Source of the DNA: a virus
Reading direction: 5' to 3' (one strand)
Length of the DNA stretch: 64,000 nt
IMG/VR virus record: IMGVR_UViG_3300045988_143938
How positions within the stretch are numbered: position 1 is the first letter of the stretch; each line of letters starts with the position of its first letter. The notes beneath the pieces are model-generated. The model saw only the letters and a list, made by a program, of their open reading frames with translations, was not told the origin of the DNA and did not search any database. Positions 17,470 to 27,121 of this stretch are shown here, piece by piece. A program made the position numbers and the translations under genes.

Positions 17470-17802
17470 TTACAATGAAACAGGCTGTGCAGTAGCTATC
17501 TTGGCTTTCGTGTCGGCAATAAAGGTATTGACGGCCGCAGTAATCTCGCATTGTTCCTGCTTGTCTCCCACGTTATGGTTGATGCTCAGGTTCTCGTTGC
17601 CGTAGCTGTTGAAAGTAGCCACCTGTGAGCCGTCTTTCTTCACTGTGCCTGAATTGATGTTACCTACAATGCCGTTGTTTATCTCGGCATCCGCTTCAAT
17701 GTCATAGACCTTAGATTCGTCTACGGAGTTATTTACTCTTACTGTTGCTCTCACTAACTTTTCATAAGCCACTTTTTCAGCAGCGGTTGTTGATGTACTC
17801 AT
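17470..17802 (-). CDS. hypothetical protein (110 aa)
   Basis: Clean ORF. Confidence 0.55.
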   Translation of the reverse strand: MSTSTTAAEKVAYEKLVRATVRVNNSVDESKVYDIEADAEINNGIVGNINSGTVKKDGSQVATFNSYGNENLSINHNVGDKQEQCEITAAVNTFIADTKAKIATAQPVSL

Positions 17803-17824
17803 AACTTTTGTTTTTATTGGTTTA

Positions 17825-18070
17825 TTATTCTACTATTTCAATCTCTTCAATCTGAAAGAAGTACGTGTAATATCCTTTGAACTCACAGTACCAGTATGCG
17901 CGCCTTTCCTGCATGGCACTATCGTAGTCAGTTCCTTTCTTGAAAGCTTCAATCATTCTTTCAAGAGCTTTGTCTGCGTCCTCTGATTTCAAGTAATATT
18001 CTCTGTCGTACAGTTCGTCAACACCGATGTCAGGTGCGTGGTATTTGCTTAAAACTAAGTATGCTTTCAT
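17825..18070 (-). CDS. hypothetical protein (81 aa)
   Basis: Clean ORF 1 nt from the upstream stop. Confidence 0.5.
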   Translation of the reverse strand: MKAYLVLSKYHAPDIGVDELYDREYYLKSEDADKALERMIEAFKKGTDYDSAMQERRAYWYCEFKGYYTYFFQIEEIEIVE

Positions 18071-18071
18071 G

Positions 18072-18461
18072 CTATTCGATTATTATCATATTGTCATTTG
18101 CATCTACTTGCATCGATGCGATTTTCATTTGGGAAAGGCCGATTATTCCCAGTATCTCTATCCCGGTCTCACGCTCTATGCTGTTTCTCACGCCTGATAT
18201 GTCGGTAATGAGGAACTGCGGAATATCTTTCCCGCCAAACCGCACAAGCGTATTGCAGTAATACACATCTTCCATTTCACCGCCAGCGCCAACAAGAGAG
18301 CCGGGGTATTTGCGTCCTCTCACGATGTCGAACTTCTTTACCTTGTCCTCGGCAATAAGCCCAACACTCGCACCTGTATCGATAAGGAAGAAGCCTTTCT
18401 TTCCGTTTACCTCGGCTTCAATGATAAGCCGCTTGTCTGATAATGATTTGAACTGTTTCAT
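18072..18461 (-). CDS. retropepsin-like (clan AA) aspartic protease
   Basis: GFFLIDTGASVGLI carries the D-T-G-A active-site motif. A later ILGIIGLSQM matches the typical ILG-x-D-x-L region. The 129-aa size fits single-lobe retropepsins. Confidence 0.7.
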   Translation of the reverse strand: MKQFKSLSDKRLIIEAEVNGKKGFFLIDTGASVGLIAEDKVKKFDIVRGRKYPGSLVGAGGEMEDVYYCNTLVRFGGKDIPQFLITDISGVRNSIERETGIEILGIIGLSQMKIASMQVDANDNMIIIE

Positions 18462-18472
18462 GGTCTATTACA

Positions 18473-19606
18473 TTAATAATTCTGTATATCTACTGTTTGA
18501 GATAGCGTTTGTCCATTGATTACGACAGTTACATTCACTTTCTTTGCTCCGTCAAAATTGGATATTTGAGAACCAAGATATGACTTACCGAAACTAAGGT
18601 AGGTATCGGCGTCAATGTACTCGTTGTAAGTAAATGTGTTTATAACAGATTCATACTGAGTATATATAGTAACCTTGATATCGGCCGATAATCTACTGTT
18701 GGTATTATTGTATATCTTGCAGTTTACAGATATTACCTTTGTTCCGGTGCTAATCTTAGTAGCGCTTAATTCTTTTAATTCTACTGGTGGCGCGTAATTC
18801 TTCAATGTAACCTCACCGTATGTGAATGTTAACGGCGTGAAGAAACCGGACGTAGGAGCCGCACTTGAACCTACATCCTTAACGCTCGAAACAAAGAGGA
18901 ATGATTTATATTTTCCAGCAGCATGGAGAACCCTATCAAATACGAATATAGCATTACCCGGATAATTGCCTATTGTTGGGTCATCAGCGACAGAAGCGTT
19001 ACCAGTAGCCATATAAAACTCTGTACTACCAATCTTTAGCAGTCCGAGACATAAATAGCTATTTCTCCAATCACCAACTACACTACCTCCCGAATTAATA
19101 TAATAGAGATCGGCTAATGTAAGGTTGTATTGCTGAGACGGTTGTACGTTAACAGGAACCGTTATTGAAAAGGCGGTTGTGCTGTCAGCCATCATTACAG
19201 AGTCATTATAAGGTAAGTATGGCTGTACAGCTTCGGTGTAATATCCCCTGAAATCTTCAAGTCTTAGGGGTTCCGAAGTGCCACCGACTGGAGGTATATA
19301 GGCAAAATAAGGAGTATCACAATTTCCAGCAAGAGGCGAGCCGTTACGAACATAATCAGCCATGTAGTTGACATTGTCCCAATACGGCACATTAGATAAT
19401 CCCCAGTTTCTTGAACTGCGCTCATTATCGGTTACGTTAAAGTTTTTCGGGTATTTGAACGGCTTATACTTCGCCCATTCTCTAATATTTGCATCCGCCG
19501 TAAAAAAGCTTGGCGCATAATTGATATTAACATTACCCCCTGCATCTCTCAGCACCGCACTGATGTTGTTTGACAGGTTAATATTGGTATCGGGTATTAT
19601 TGCCAT
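18473..19606 (-). CDS. receptor-binding/fibre protein (377 aa)
   Basis: Immediately downstream of the 1465-aa fibre. The N-terminal 130 aa or so are shared with 16199..16741, and the C-terminus is beta-rich and divergent. Confidence 0.65.
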   Translation of the reverse strand: MAIIPDTNINLSNNISAVLRDAGGNVNINYAPSFFTADANIREWAKYKPFKYPKNFNVTDNERSSRNWGLSNVPYWDNVNYMADYVRNGSPLAGNCDTPYFAYIPPVGGTSEPLRLEDFRGYYTEAVQPYLPYNDSVMMADSTTAFSITVPVNVQPSQQYNLTLADLYYINSGGSVVGDWRNSYLCLGLLKIGSTEFYMATGNASVADDPTIGNYPGNAIFVFDRVLHAAGKYKSFLFVSSVKDVGSSAAPTSGFFTPLTFTYGEVTLKNYAPPVELKELSATKISTGTKVISVNCKIYNNTNSRLSADIKVTIYTQYESVINTFTYNEYIDADTYLSFGKSYLGSQISNFDGAKKVNVTVVINGQTLSQTVDIQNY

Positions 19607-22600
19607 TATGCTGCCCTCCTTTCCAGTTCGATAATACGGTTCATCATTTCTTTATTGCTATCTTTCAGCTCCTTGTTCTCTCTTTCAAGAAACTCTATTC
19701 TCGTTTCGTGGTTATTGAAATCCTCTATCAAAAATCTTTGGAAATGCTTTGCCATAGACAGTACGCATGTAGTTGCAAGCACATCATAACTCATTGTGAA
19801 GAAGCCCTCATTGTCTGTGTCTGTCACCTGTGGAAGAAATGCGTTCCAATACTGGGCGCTCGTTCCTGCTCTGACCTTGTATTTTTCATCTGTCTTGAAA
19901 GTGTAATCGAAAAGGTCAGCGTTTGCCATTACGTCAAGAGGTACGATGATGCTGTTCAGGACGTTCTTCTTTCTTAAGTCGGAGTACATGGTTATTCCGC
20001 CATAGGTGAGAAGATTACCCGGGCAAATAGTATTGCCACTTCCATCCAGCAGAGTTAAAGTTCTTGTAATTGACGCAAACTTACCTGTGTATTGCCTTAC
20101 ATAGATAGGCTCTGTGCCGTCATCCGCTGTTGCAATCTCTACCCAGCCTTGATTTGACGGGCCACCGCACCTAATACGGAATAAATCATTATCTGCCATT
20201 TGCTGGTATAGCAAGTTACGCTCGCTGCCGCCTGAAAGAATTTCGAAGTAGATAGTTCCAGCTACTCCAACATCTCCGTTTACATAAAGCTTGTTACCTG
20301 ATGTCGATAAACTGCCTATGCCGACGTTGCCGCCACCAAAGCACATTGTTATACCTCTTGATGTATTATATTGGAGGTGTAATTCGCTGCCATAATTATT
20401 TATCTCACTATTTCTTTCGCTATCATTTCCGTTGTTATCTGTCTCAATGCAGATAGCGTTAAATTTAGCTCCTCCTGTTACATTGTTTGTACCGTCAAAA
20501 GGCTTGCTGAATATTGTGCGAGGAGTTTGCAGCTTAGTGGCGGACGCTACATTGTCTCCAAGTGTAGCGAGAGTCCCACTTGAGGTAGGTAGGTGTAATG
20601 TATTTTGATAATCTCCTTGCGACATTATTCTGCAAGAAAAGTCACTACTCACACCTTGCTCTTCATGGAAATCTATATACTTTCCTATTTCCAATACGCC
20701 GTCTCCTCCGATGTAACATATTGAATTCCATTGTCCTTGATTTAAATGTTTGCCGTCCAACAAATCCGCATCCAGCCCTGAACCTGAACCATCGTTGCCG
20801 GCATGCCAAACTTTATAATTATTAGACCCTAAAAGAATATTTACGTCTCCGCTTACCCAGTCTTGATTAATATCGGTTTTAGCTATTCTTAGGTTACCGT
20901 CTCCGTCTGTGAAGTTAATTCCAATTCTATTGGAATCTGCGTTATTAAAACTGATAGCAGACTTGGTTCTTGGAATAGATATAAGGTCAATGCCGGAATC
21001 TGCGTTAAATAACAGTTTTCCCGTCATCGTATCCCCTGCCTTGTTGACGTAGCGATTATCTGTATAATGAAGATAGTTAACTTCATCAAGAAGCATTCGC
21101 CAGCTTTTCTTATCATCACCCCATCCTGATCTAAATTGTATGCCATTAGGTCCATCATTAGGATCTGACGAAGAGTGAGTAGAATATAATTGGAATCTTG
21201 AAGATCCAGCTATAAAAGATGTTACTTGTCCATAACCATGTCTTTTAATAGTAACTCCGTCTGGAAAAGCATTCAAATAAGTAAATGTTCCAAGTTTTTG
21301 CCACATGAAATCATCACCATCGTCAGTTGTGTAACCAAAATATCGGAAAAATCTTCCATCAGCATCAGACTGTGTATACGCATCCGTAATCCCATATCCC
21401 CCCAGCGTAGTAGGATGAGAGGACAACTCACTGAACGAATAACTCGGCTTGTTCGGCTGCTTGGCCCAAGAATACACGTCACTTGCTGGCAATGTGGTTG
21501 GGTAATTAGGTAATGTAATAAGCTTTGTGGTTTCATCAGGAGAATAGGTTGTTCCGTTAAGGATAATCCCGTCTACCGAACCACCGCCAACACCGCCTAT
21601 TACGCTTAATACACCACCCTCTTTGGATAATGTAGTATTGTCAATCGGAAGCGCATCAAGAATGGTAGATGCCGTATGACTGCCTTGTGCAAACATGGTA
21701 AGACTACCTGTCAAAATCAAATCACCGTCTAACTCAACCACTCCGTCAGAATGCTTCTTCACAAGTATATCACCGATATTCAAGCCATTTATAAACGACT
21801 TGATACCTGTAATGTCCTGTGCACCTGATTTGGTTACGTAATCGGCTAATAGCCCGGATATGTCGTTTTTGGTGTAGGCGTCTGTGATGCCATAGCCTGC
21901 AATAGTAGTAGGCTTGTTCTGTATCTCACTGAAATCATAGGCCGGTTTGGTGGCACCTATCCATGAGGGTTTGTCCGAAACATTCTCCCAATTGGTAGGG
22001 AACACTGACGGTTTACCGCCAATTTCATCCCATGAGTAAGAGGGCTTTGTACTACCTATCCAGCTGGGTTTTCCTGATATGTTGCCCCATTCAAGCGAAG
22101 TCGGATAATTAGGCAAGGTGATTATTCCGTCCTCATTAGGAGTGTAGGTATTACCATTAACCACTATACCGTTAGCAGTACCCTTTCCACCTGTTGCGAC
22201 AAGCTTTCCGTCAACCCATTGGATTGTCACACCGTCTATTGGGAGACCTTCGTAGATTGAAGGGACTTGAACGTCTGCGCCTGAGTACATGGTTACTCCG
22301 TAGGCGGTAATCAACGGTTTGGTTAAGAACAAGTATTCCTTTCCGTTGTCGTCAACCCTCTCTTCAAGGTTTCTGTCCCAAACTACTTTGTCGAGCTTCT
22401 TTCTATATTGTTTGCTTAGTTCGCTTTGTGATGAAAACTTATTATTTACAGATGTTTCAATCTCACTAATCTGTCCTTGTATTCTTTCAAGGGTGCTTGC
22501 GCTTGGCTCATTATTAAGAGTTACTTCAAATGTCGGTATCAACCCTTCTCCCTCTTTTATAGAGAGAGACTGTATTATCACGTTCTCATGGTCTATCCCC

Positions 22601-24003
22601 ATTTCGGGATCATTCACAGTAAGCCGCTTACCTTCCATTATTTCATTATAGAAGTTAGCGTTTCTTGCCATGAAAATTTCGTCGACGCCTATATTGTAAG
22701 AGTAGTTTGTGATGCTGTATTTGGCAAGATACTCTTTAGCCCTTTCCAATAACCTGTTTTCGGCAGCACGAATATATTCTTGTGGCATAAGTATGTTCAG
22801 AAGAACAAACTTGTCCCCGGCTTTCATGTTCCAGTCCTTGTTAGGAACTGTGAAATTATCTGTATCCGCTTCTTCGAGGGTGTTTCTTCCGAGCGTAAGG
22901 GTGTAGCTGCCATCCGAAGCCTTGACTATTTTGGCAATAGCGAAGGCATACCCTTGCAATGCACCGCTCTTCATGGAAAGCTGCGCTTCTGGCATATAGC
23001 TTTCGTTTAAGTCAAATCCCAAGTCATAAAGCTGTACCGTAAAAGTGGGTTGCGTTTCACTTGTTATTGCGTCAACACTCTTTATCTCGTCAATAGCCTG
23101 TCCAGCAGAGTTCTTCATCCCCGTAATAGAGGGATAAATATCGTCATAGGTTATCACGCCTTCGCGAATCCCGTATTTGGCGATAGCCTCGTTTGACGCC
23201 AGCACAAAGTCGGTAACTCCGTCAGTCTTAAAACTTGGCAGCATAAGACGAAGAGGAGATAAGGCGTAGTTGGCGGGGAGAATACTGTCAGTCCATTCAG
23301 GCTTTTTCGGATAACTGTAATCAAGGTTTCTTGTGCCACCATAGGCTCGTAACTTAGTTACAATCCCTGTGTCCGCATCAGATATTCGTTCAATCTCATA
23401 TAACCCCTTACCTTTGCCGTATTCAAAAACATTATTCACTACCGGTTCCGCACCGCCAATGGTAACGCTTCTTCCTTTTACGAAATAATTCAGCTTGTAT
23501 TCTGTGTTTACAAGAGAAAGAGCGCTCCAGCAGTTTTGGTTACTCATGGAGATGTTCTTTTCCTCGCTGTCTACGCCATCTGCAAGGGTTATGCTCCATA
23601 CACCTTTCCCGTACATGGCGTCCAAGCATGCCTGTATTCTTTCTGCAAGATATTTGACCGTTCCTGTAAACTCAACAACCAAAGGAGTAGGGTAGACTAT
23701 TCCGTTGTCGCTGGGAACAATATTACGCATCATGCACCTTTCAAGTTCGTATTTCAGAGAAACGAAATTAAGGTCATAACTGTATTGATGCTTTGATATT
23801 TTCTTTACCGTAGGAAGAAGCTCCAGTTCAAACCGTTCTCCTCTATAATCTATGTAATCAAATACGTCAAAGTTTATTTTGGCATCAGATATAAAAGTTG
23901 ATGTGCACGCGCGTTCCGCCATGAAAACCCCGGTGTACTCCAGCTTATCCAGTACACATCTGACTGTTTGTCCGTCCTTGCTATATACCGTAAACCGTCC
24001 CAT
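19606..24003 (-). CDS. tail-associated/tail fibre protein (1465 aa) with C-terminal S74-like intramolecular chaperone
   Basis: Lies downstream of the Dit-like gene. Carries fibre repeats KPSYSWDEIGGKPS / KPAYDFSEIQNKPTTIAGYGITDAYT / KPSYSFSELSSHPTTLGGYGITDAYT. The C-terminal MYSDLRKKNV (S-D-x-R-x-K) plus a coiled-coil end is typical of peptidase S74 chaperone domains (about 19609-19983). Confidence 0.8.
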   Translation of the reverse strand: MGRFTVYSKDGQTVRCVLDKLEYTGVFMAERACTSTFISDAKINFDVFDYIDYRGERFELELLPTVKKISKHQYSYDLNFVSLKYELERCMMRNIVPSDNGIVYPTPLVVEFTGTVKYLAERIQACLDAMYGKGVWSITLADGVDSEEKNISMSNQNCWSALSLVNTEYKLNYFVKGRSVTIGGAEPVVNNVFEYGKGKGLYEIERISDADTGIVTKLRAYGGTRNLDYSYPKKPEWTDSILPANYALSPLRLMLPSFKTDGVTDFVLASNEAIAKYGIREGVITYDDIYPSITGMKNSAGQAIDEIKSVDAITSETQPTFTVQLYDLGFDLNESYMPEAQLSMKSGALQGYAFAIAKIVKASDGSYTLTLGRNTLEEADTDNFTVPNKDWNMKAGDKFVLLNILMPQEYIRAAENRLLERAKEYLAKYSITNYSYNIGVDEIFMARNANFYNEIMEGKRLTVNDPEMGIDHENVIIQSLSIKEGEGLIPTFEVTLNNEPSASTLERIQGQISEIETSVNNKFSSQSELSKQYRKKLDKVVWDRNLEERVDDNGKEYLFLTKPLITAYGVTMYSGADVQVPSIYEGLPIDGVTIQWVDGKLVATGGKGTANGIVVNGNTYTPNEDGIITLPNYPTSLEWGNISGKPSWIGSTKPSYSWDEIGGKPSVFPTNWENVSDKPSWIGATKPAYDFSEIQNKPTTIAGYGITDAYTKNDISGLLADYVTKSGAQDITGIKSFINGLNIGDILVKKHSDGVVELDGDLILTGSLTMFAQGSHTASTILDALPIDNTTLSKEGGVLSVIGGVGGGSVDGIILNGTTYSPDETTKLITLPNYPTTLPASDVYSWAKQPNKPSYSFSELSSHPTTLGGYGITDAYTQSDADGRFFRYFGYTTDDGDDFMWQKLGTFTYLNAFPDGVTIKRHGYGQVTSFIAGSSRFQLYSTHSSSDPNDGPNGIQFRSGWGDDKKSWRMLLDEVNYLHYTDNRYVNKAGDTMTGKLLFNADSGIDLISIPRTKSAISFNNADSNRIGINFTDGDGNLRIAKTDINQDWVSGDVNILLGSNNYKVWHAGNDGSGSGLDADLLDGKHLNQGQWNSICYIGGDGVLEIGKYIDFHEEQGVSSDFSCRIMSQGDYQNTLHLPTSSGTLATLGDNVASATKLQTPRTIFSKPFDGTNNVTGGAKFNAICIETDNNGNDSERNSEINNYGSELHLQYNTSRGITMCFGGGNVGIGSLSTSGNKLYVNGDVGVAGTIYFEILSGGSERNLLYQQMADNDLFRIRCGGPSNQGWVEIATADDGTEPIYVRQYTGKFASITRTLTLLDGSGNTICPGNLLTYGGITMYSDLRKKNVLNSIIVPLDVMANADLFDYTFKTDEKYKVRAGTSAQYWNAFLPQVTDTDNEGFFTMSYDVLATTCVLSMAKHFQRFLIEDFNNHETRIEFLERENKELKDSNKEMMNRIIELERRAA

Positions 24004-24473
24004 TAGATCGAAAGTGTTATTTGGGTTTGAGGGTCAGTAACCCGGAATGTAACACTGAACGTCAACACATCTCCCTCGTCAGTCTTGCGAACGAAAAGAT
24101 CCGGTTCTACGGATTTGTAGTAGACACCCTGCCTGCCTATCTTGGTGTAGGTGTCGTAAACCTTAAGCTCTGCACCGGAATTGTCTTTGCCGGAAAGGTA
24201 ATCCAAAAAGCCAATCACCTTTTCATTGGCTGTATCCATTTCTCCCTTGTATGCAAATTCCACGTCAAGTTCATAGGCTTGCATGTAAAGTCTATCAGGG
24301 ATAAATGTATCCTCTCCGTCCTCGTCTTTCCAGTCTCTCTTCGGCAATTCTTTAGTTTCTCCGTAAACAGCAAACGGAAAGTCCTTGCACACAACTCCCC
24401 ATTGGGACTTTGTATCAATAACAGGACTTCCCGGCTTACTCTTTTGAAAATAGATACTGTAAAGCTTTGCCAT
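24003..24473 (-). CDS. distal-tail (Dit)-like protein (156 aa)
   Basis: Positional call: directly upstream of the large fibre gene, overlapping it. The family was not verified. Confidence 0.45.
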   Translation of the reverse strand: MAKLYSIYFQKSKPGSPVIDTKSQWGVVCKDFPFAVYGETKELPKRDWKDEDGEDTFIPDRLYMQAYELDVEFAYKGEMDTANEKVIGFLDYLSGKDNSGAELKVYDTYTKIGRQGVYYKSVEPDLFVRKTDEGDVLTFSVTFRVTDPQTQITLSI

Positions 24474-24494
24474 GTGTTATCTTGAGTTTGTGTT

Positions 24495-24545
24495 GTAAAA
24501 AAACAAAAAGAGCCAACTAACGGGAATACCGTTAATCAGCTCTTT
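24495..24545 (-). terminator. leader terminator A (conserved with 40142..40185)
   Basis: On the minus strand, CAAGCCAAAGAGC...GGCTCTTTTTGTTTTTTT. The outer stem is 24507-13/24539-45 and the inner stem is TAACGG/CCGTTA. It lies between the -7 box at 24565-72 and the ATG at 24473. Confidence 0.6.
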
Positions 24546-24564
24546 GGCTTGTTCAATGTTGATG

Positions 24565-24572
24565 CAAATATA
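24565..24572 (-). promoter_or_regulatory. -7 box TATATTTG (minus strand)
   Basis: Exact TAnnTTTG match, flanked by the palindrome TAGAATATATTCTA at 24573-86. Confidence 0.5.
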
Positions 24573-24619
24573 TAGAATATATTCTAAATAATCAATACAA
24601 AAACATAGAAAATAGATGA
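24573..24619. promoter_or_regulatory. motif locus 1: palindrome TAGAATATATTCTA plus TAGAAAATAGATGA
   Basis: 24573-86 is a perfect 14-bp palindrome. 24606-19 is one copy of the recurring 14-mer. Confidence 0.6.
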
Positions 24620-24673
24620 TTTTTATTGCTTCTGCTTATGATTAATAGCCAATACTATCCGGCCATATAAATT

Positions 24674-24847
24674 TCATTTGCCCGGAGTAACTATTTTCAT
24701 GTATGGATTTATCATGCGTTTCCCTTTCAGCGTCTTTTCAAGCTCATCTATTCTTTCGTGTGCCATCTGTAAATCTTCGGACAGGCGCAATAATTGTCTC
24801 GCAAGGGAAACATTCTCTTTCTGCAATTCGTATATTTTTTCTTCCAT
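24674..24847 (-). CDS. small coiled-coil protein (57 aa)
   Basis: Hand-translated as MEEKIYELQKENVSLARQLLRLSEDLQMAHERIDELEKTLKGKRMINPYMKIVTPGK. Preferred over the plus-strand ORF 24678..24872. Confidence 0.45.
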   Translation of the reverse strand: MEEKIYELQKENVSLARQLLRLSEDLQMAHERIDELEKTLKGKRMINPYMKIVTPGK

Positions 24848-24936
24848 GATGAAATATTTGTTTAGATATTAATAATAGGGGTATAGTTATAGCTATCGGG
24901 CATTTGAACCGACTGCTAATTTATTAAATAGTACGA

Positions 24937-25254
24937 TTAGTATTTCCTCATGCAGCTTACGAATAAGGCTATAATAGATATAATAATACCTATGACGGAA
25001 AGTATTAAATTCCAATTAACAGGATTATGCAAGTTTGGATTAACGGCAAGGTAATGCTTTCCCTCTTCGGTGAGTTTGACGCTCCACACTTGACCGCCAA
25101 CCAAATAAGAAGCCTTTACTAACCCTTTTCTTTCAATGGAGCGAACGGATGCGGCAAATACATGCTTCGGATATGTAACAGGACATTCTCCGCCAAATTC
25201 CGAAACGATCCTAAATGCTTGCTTTTCCTCCTTTGTAAGTCTTATTCGCTCCAT
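24937..25254 (-). CDS. hypothetical protein with C-terminal TM anchor (105 aa)
   Basis: The N-terminal part may be winged-helix-like. The C-terminal WNLILSVIGIIISIIALFVSCM is hydrophobic. Confidence 0.55.
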   Translation of the reverse strand: MERIRLTKEEKQAFRIVSEFGGECPVTYPKHVFAASVRSIERKGLVKASYLVGGQVWSVKLTEEGKHYLAVNPNLHNPVNWNLILSVIGIIISIIALFVSCMRKY

Positions 25255-25314
25255 AACCTACTCGTTTTCTGCAAATTTACTAAATACTACGCAAATATGT
25301 GTTGTTGTGCTATA

Positions 25315-26136
25315 CTATTTTATAGGCGAAATCTTTCTGTCAGAAGGTTTCCCACCGAACAACTGATTGATATAAGCAAGTCCTTTGGGCTTACAAAGTA
25401 CCTTTTGATATAATATGTCGGGGTGGCTGTCTCTGTGTATAGGCGGTAACAGCGTCATTTCAAAATACCCGGCGTCAATGTACTTTTGTTTCGGTTCGTT
25501 CCTGTCTTTAAAGAATACGCCCACTTCCTTTAGCTTTTTAAAAAGGGTGTTTCTCCCGAAACCGAGGTTGAGAATCTTTGCGGCTTGGCCTATGTCTACT
25601 TTGCCCTCTGCTTTGAAAGCGGCTTCGGCAAAGTCGGCTTTGGGTTTTAGTTTGGCGTTCTTCTCTTCAAGCTGCTTCTTTTCTTGTTCTAATCTCGCCT
25701 TTTCCTCACGCTCATTTTTTAACTGTGTGGCAAGGCTGATAACAAGATCGGGGTTGTTTATCATCTGCTCCAAAGTTGGCTGCGTGGCGGTCATGCCGTA
25801 TTGGAGAAGCTCTTTGATGCGGTCATTGCACCATAAATAAAAGTCAGGAGAAAGCCATTGAGCGAAGATTAATGCCAAATCCTCATGTAACCATGTACCT
25901 TGATTGTTACCTCCTTGATTTACAGTAACTAAACCCGTTGCGGGAATTCCCGTTTTGGCTGATAATGAGCTAATTAACTCATTTGTCTGTTTTGTTGACA
26001 AAAAGTCATTACAGCGTTTTCCAAACGGTTTGGCCATTTCGGTGGCGTTCACCATTACACTATCGCCTTTCTGAAAGGTAATAGGACTTCCATTGTATTG
26101 GAAGATTTGATTTTCATTCAAGTGTCGCATAAACAA
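25315..26136 (-). CDS. antirepressor-type protein (KilA-N plus KilAC)
   Basis: N-terminus: ITFQKGDSVMVNATEMAKPFGKR...GTWLHEDLALIFAQWLSPDFYLWCNDRIKEL (KilA-N pattern). C-terminus: KPKADFAEAAFKAEGKVDIGQAAKILNLGFGRNTLFKKLKEVGVFF (KilAC pattern). Confidence 0.8.
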   Translation of the reverse strand: MFMRHLNENQIFQYNGSPITFQKGDSVMVNATEMAKPFGKRCNDFLSTKQTNELISSLSAKTGIPATGLVTVNQGGNNQGTWLHEDLALIFAQWLSPDFYLWCNDRIKELLQYGMTATQPTLEQMINNPDLVISLATQLKNEREEKARLEQEKKQLEEKNAKLKPKADFAEAAFKAEGKVDIGQAAKILNLGFGRNTLFKKLKEVGVFFKDRNEPKQKYIDAGYFEMTLLPPIHRDSHPDILYQKVLCKPKGLAYINQLFGGKPSDRKISPIK

Positions 26137-26166
26137 TGAAAATTAAAAGTTAATAATATAAGAAGA

Positions 26167-26242
26167 AAGCAGAGGCTTTCTCCAAGTTGCGACACTTCCA
26201 TATTGGCTTTGGGGCGAAATATGTACGGAGAAACCTCTGCTT
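26167..26242. other. long inverted repeat in the antirepressor leader
   Basis: AAGCAGAGGCTTTCTCC 26167-83 pairs with GGAGAAACCTCTGCTT 26227-42 (16 of 17 positions paired). A second pair, GCGACACT (about 26189-96) / AGTGTCGC (about 26305-12), lies nearby. Confidence 0.5.
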
Positions 26243-26376
26243 ATATTTTGGGCAGTAGTTCAATATAGGGCATAAAAAATCCCCAATCCAAATATGTATA
26301 TAAAAGTGTCGCACTGCAAAGATAGATATAATCTTTGAAATAGCAATGGTAGCCAAATATATTTTCAATAATTAGC

Positions 26377-26384
26377 TACCTTTG
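26377..26384 (+). promoter_or_regulatory. -7 box TAccTTTG
   Basis: TAnnTTTG match 27 nt upstream of the ATG at 26411. Confidence 0.4.
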
Positions 26385-26410
26385 CTGCGACAATTAAAAT
26401 TTATCTATAT

Positions 26411-26710
26411 ATGAAAGATGTATTTGATAGTTTCTCTATTGGAGATTTTGTATTCCAATCAGAGAATATGACCTATTCAGAATTTCTTGCTTTTTGCAAA
26501 TCTGTGTTAGACGAAATTGAAAAACTCAACTTATCAGATAACGGATTCTACAAAGAGAAGAAGAACTCTATTGTAAAACTTTACAGATTTGCAAAATCAG
26601 CAGAAGCGTACGTTCGCACAAACGGAGCTACCGCAGGCGGTAATTCAGAGACTGATCTTGTTTATTTGAAAGCAATCCTCGACGGGATAAAAAAACGTCA
26701 CAATCTCTAA
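26411..26710 (+). CDS. hypothetical protein (99 aa)
   Basis: Clean ORF with its own -7 box. The 3' end overlaps the convergent gene by 83 nt. Confidence 0.55.
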   Translation: MKDVFDSFSIGDFVFQSENMTYSEFLAFCKSVLDEIEKLNLSDNGFYKEKKNSIVKLYRFAKSAEAYVRTNGATAGGNSETDLVYLKAILDGIKKRHNL

Positions 26711-26924
26711 TGGGTTGCACAAAATCCTTTAGGCTGGCGTTCATCTTCTTAATGGCTGCCAGTCTTTTGTCTATTTCTTCTTCTTGCTCTAATCCGTTAT
26801 CTGCTCTCCACAGCTCTAAATCCGCAACTTCTGCTATAAGCATTTCAAGCTGAACAATAAACTCGTTACAATTCCTGTGTAATTGCAATTCCTTTCGTTC
26901 TCTTTTACTTATCTCATCTTTCAT
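26628..26924 (-). CDS. hypothetical coiled-coil protein (98 aa)
   Basis: The ATG at 26924 lies about 30 nt downstream of the minus-strand -7 box at 26956-63. Confidence 0.5.
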   Translation of the reverse strand: MKDEISKRERKELQLHRNCNEFIVQLEMLIAEVADLELWRADNGLEQEEEIDKRLAAIKKMNASLKDFVQPIRDCDVFLSRRGLLSNKQDQSLNYRLR

Positions 26925-26936
26925 AATTATTTCATG

Positions 26937-26977
26937 TATTTTCTATATTTTTGTGCAAATATATAGAAAATAGGTGA
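26937..26977. promoter_or_regulatory. motif locus 2: TATTTTCTATAT / ATATAGAAAATA inverted pair bracketing a -7 box, extended to TAGAAAATAGGTGA
   Basis: 26937-48 and 26961-72 form a perfect 12-bp inverted repeat. The 14-mer is at 26964-77. CAAATATA at 26956-63 is the minus-strand -7 box. Confidence 0.65.
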
Positions 26978-27082
26978 TTTTCTCAAGCGATGCGGATAAT
27001 AAAAGGGTGGATGTGTTTTATAACATACAATAGTTGTTACAATAAATCATAAATAAAATAATATTTATCAATATAAAGTTGT

Positions 27083-27090
27083 TAACTTTG
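27083..27090 (+). promoter_or_regulatory. -7 box TAacTTTG
   Basis: TAnnTTTG match 32 nt upstream of the lipoprotein ATG. Confidence 0.45.
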
Positions 27091-27121
27091 CCGCACATTA
27101 ATTAACAAAAACAAATGCTTT

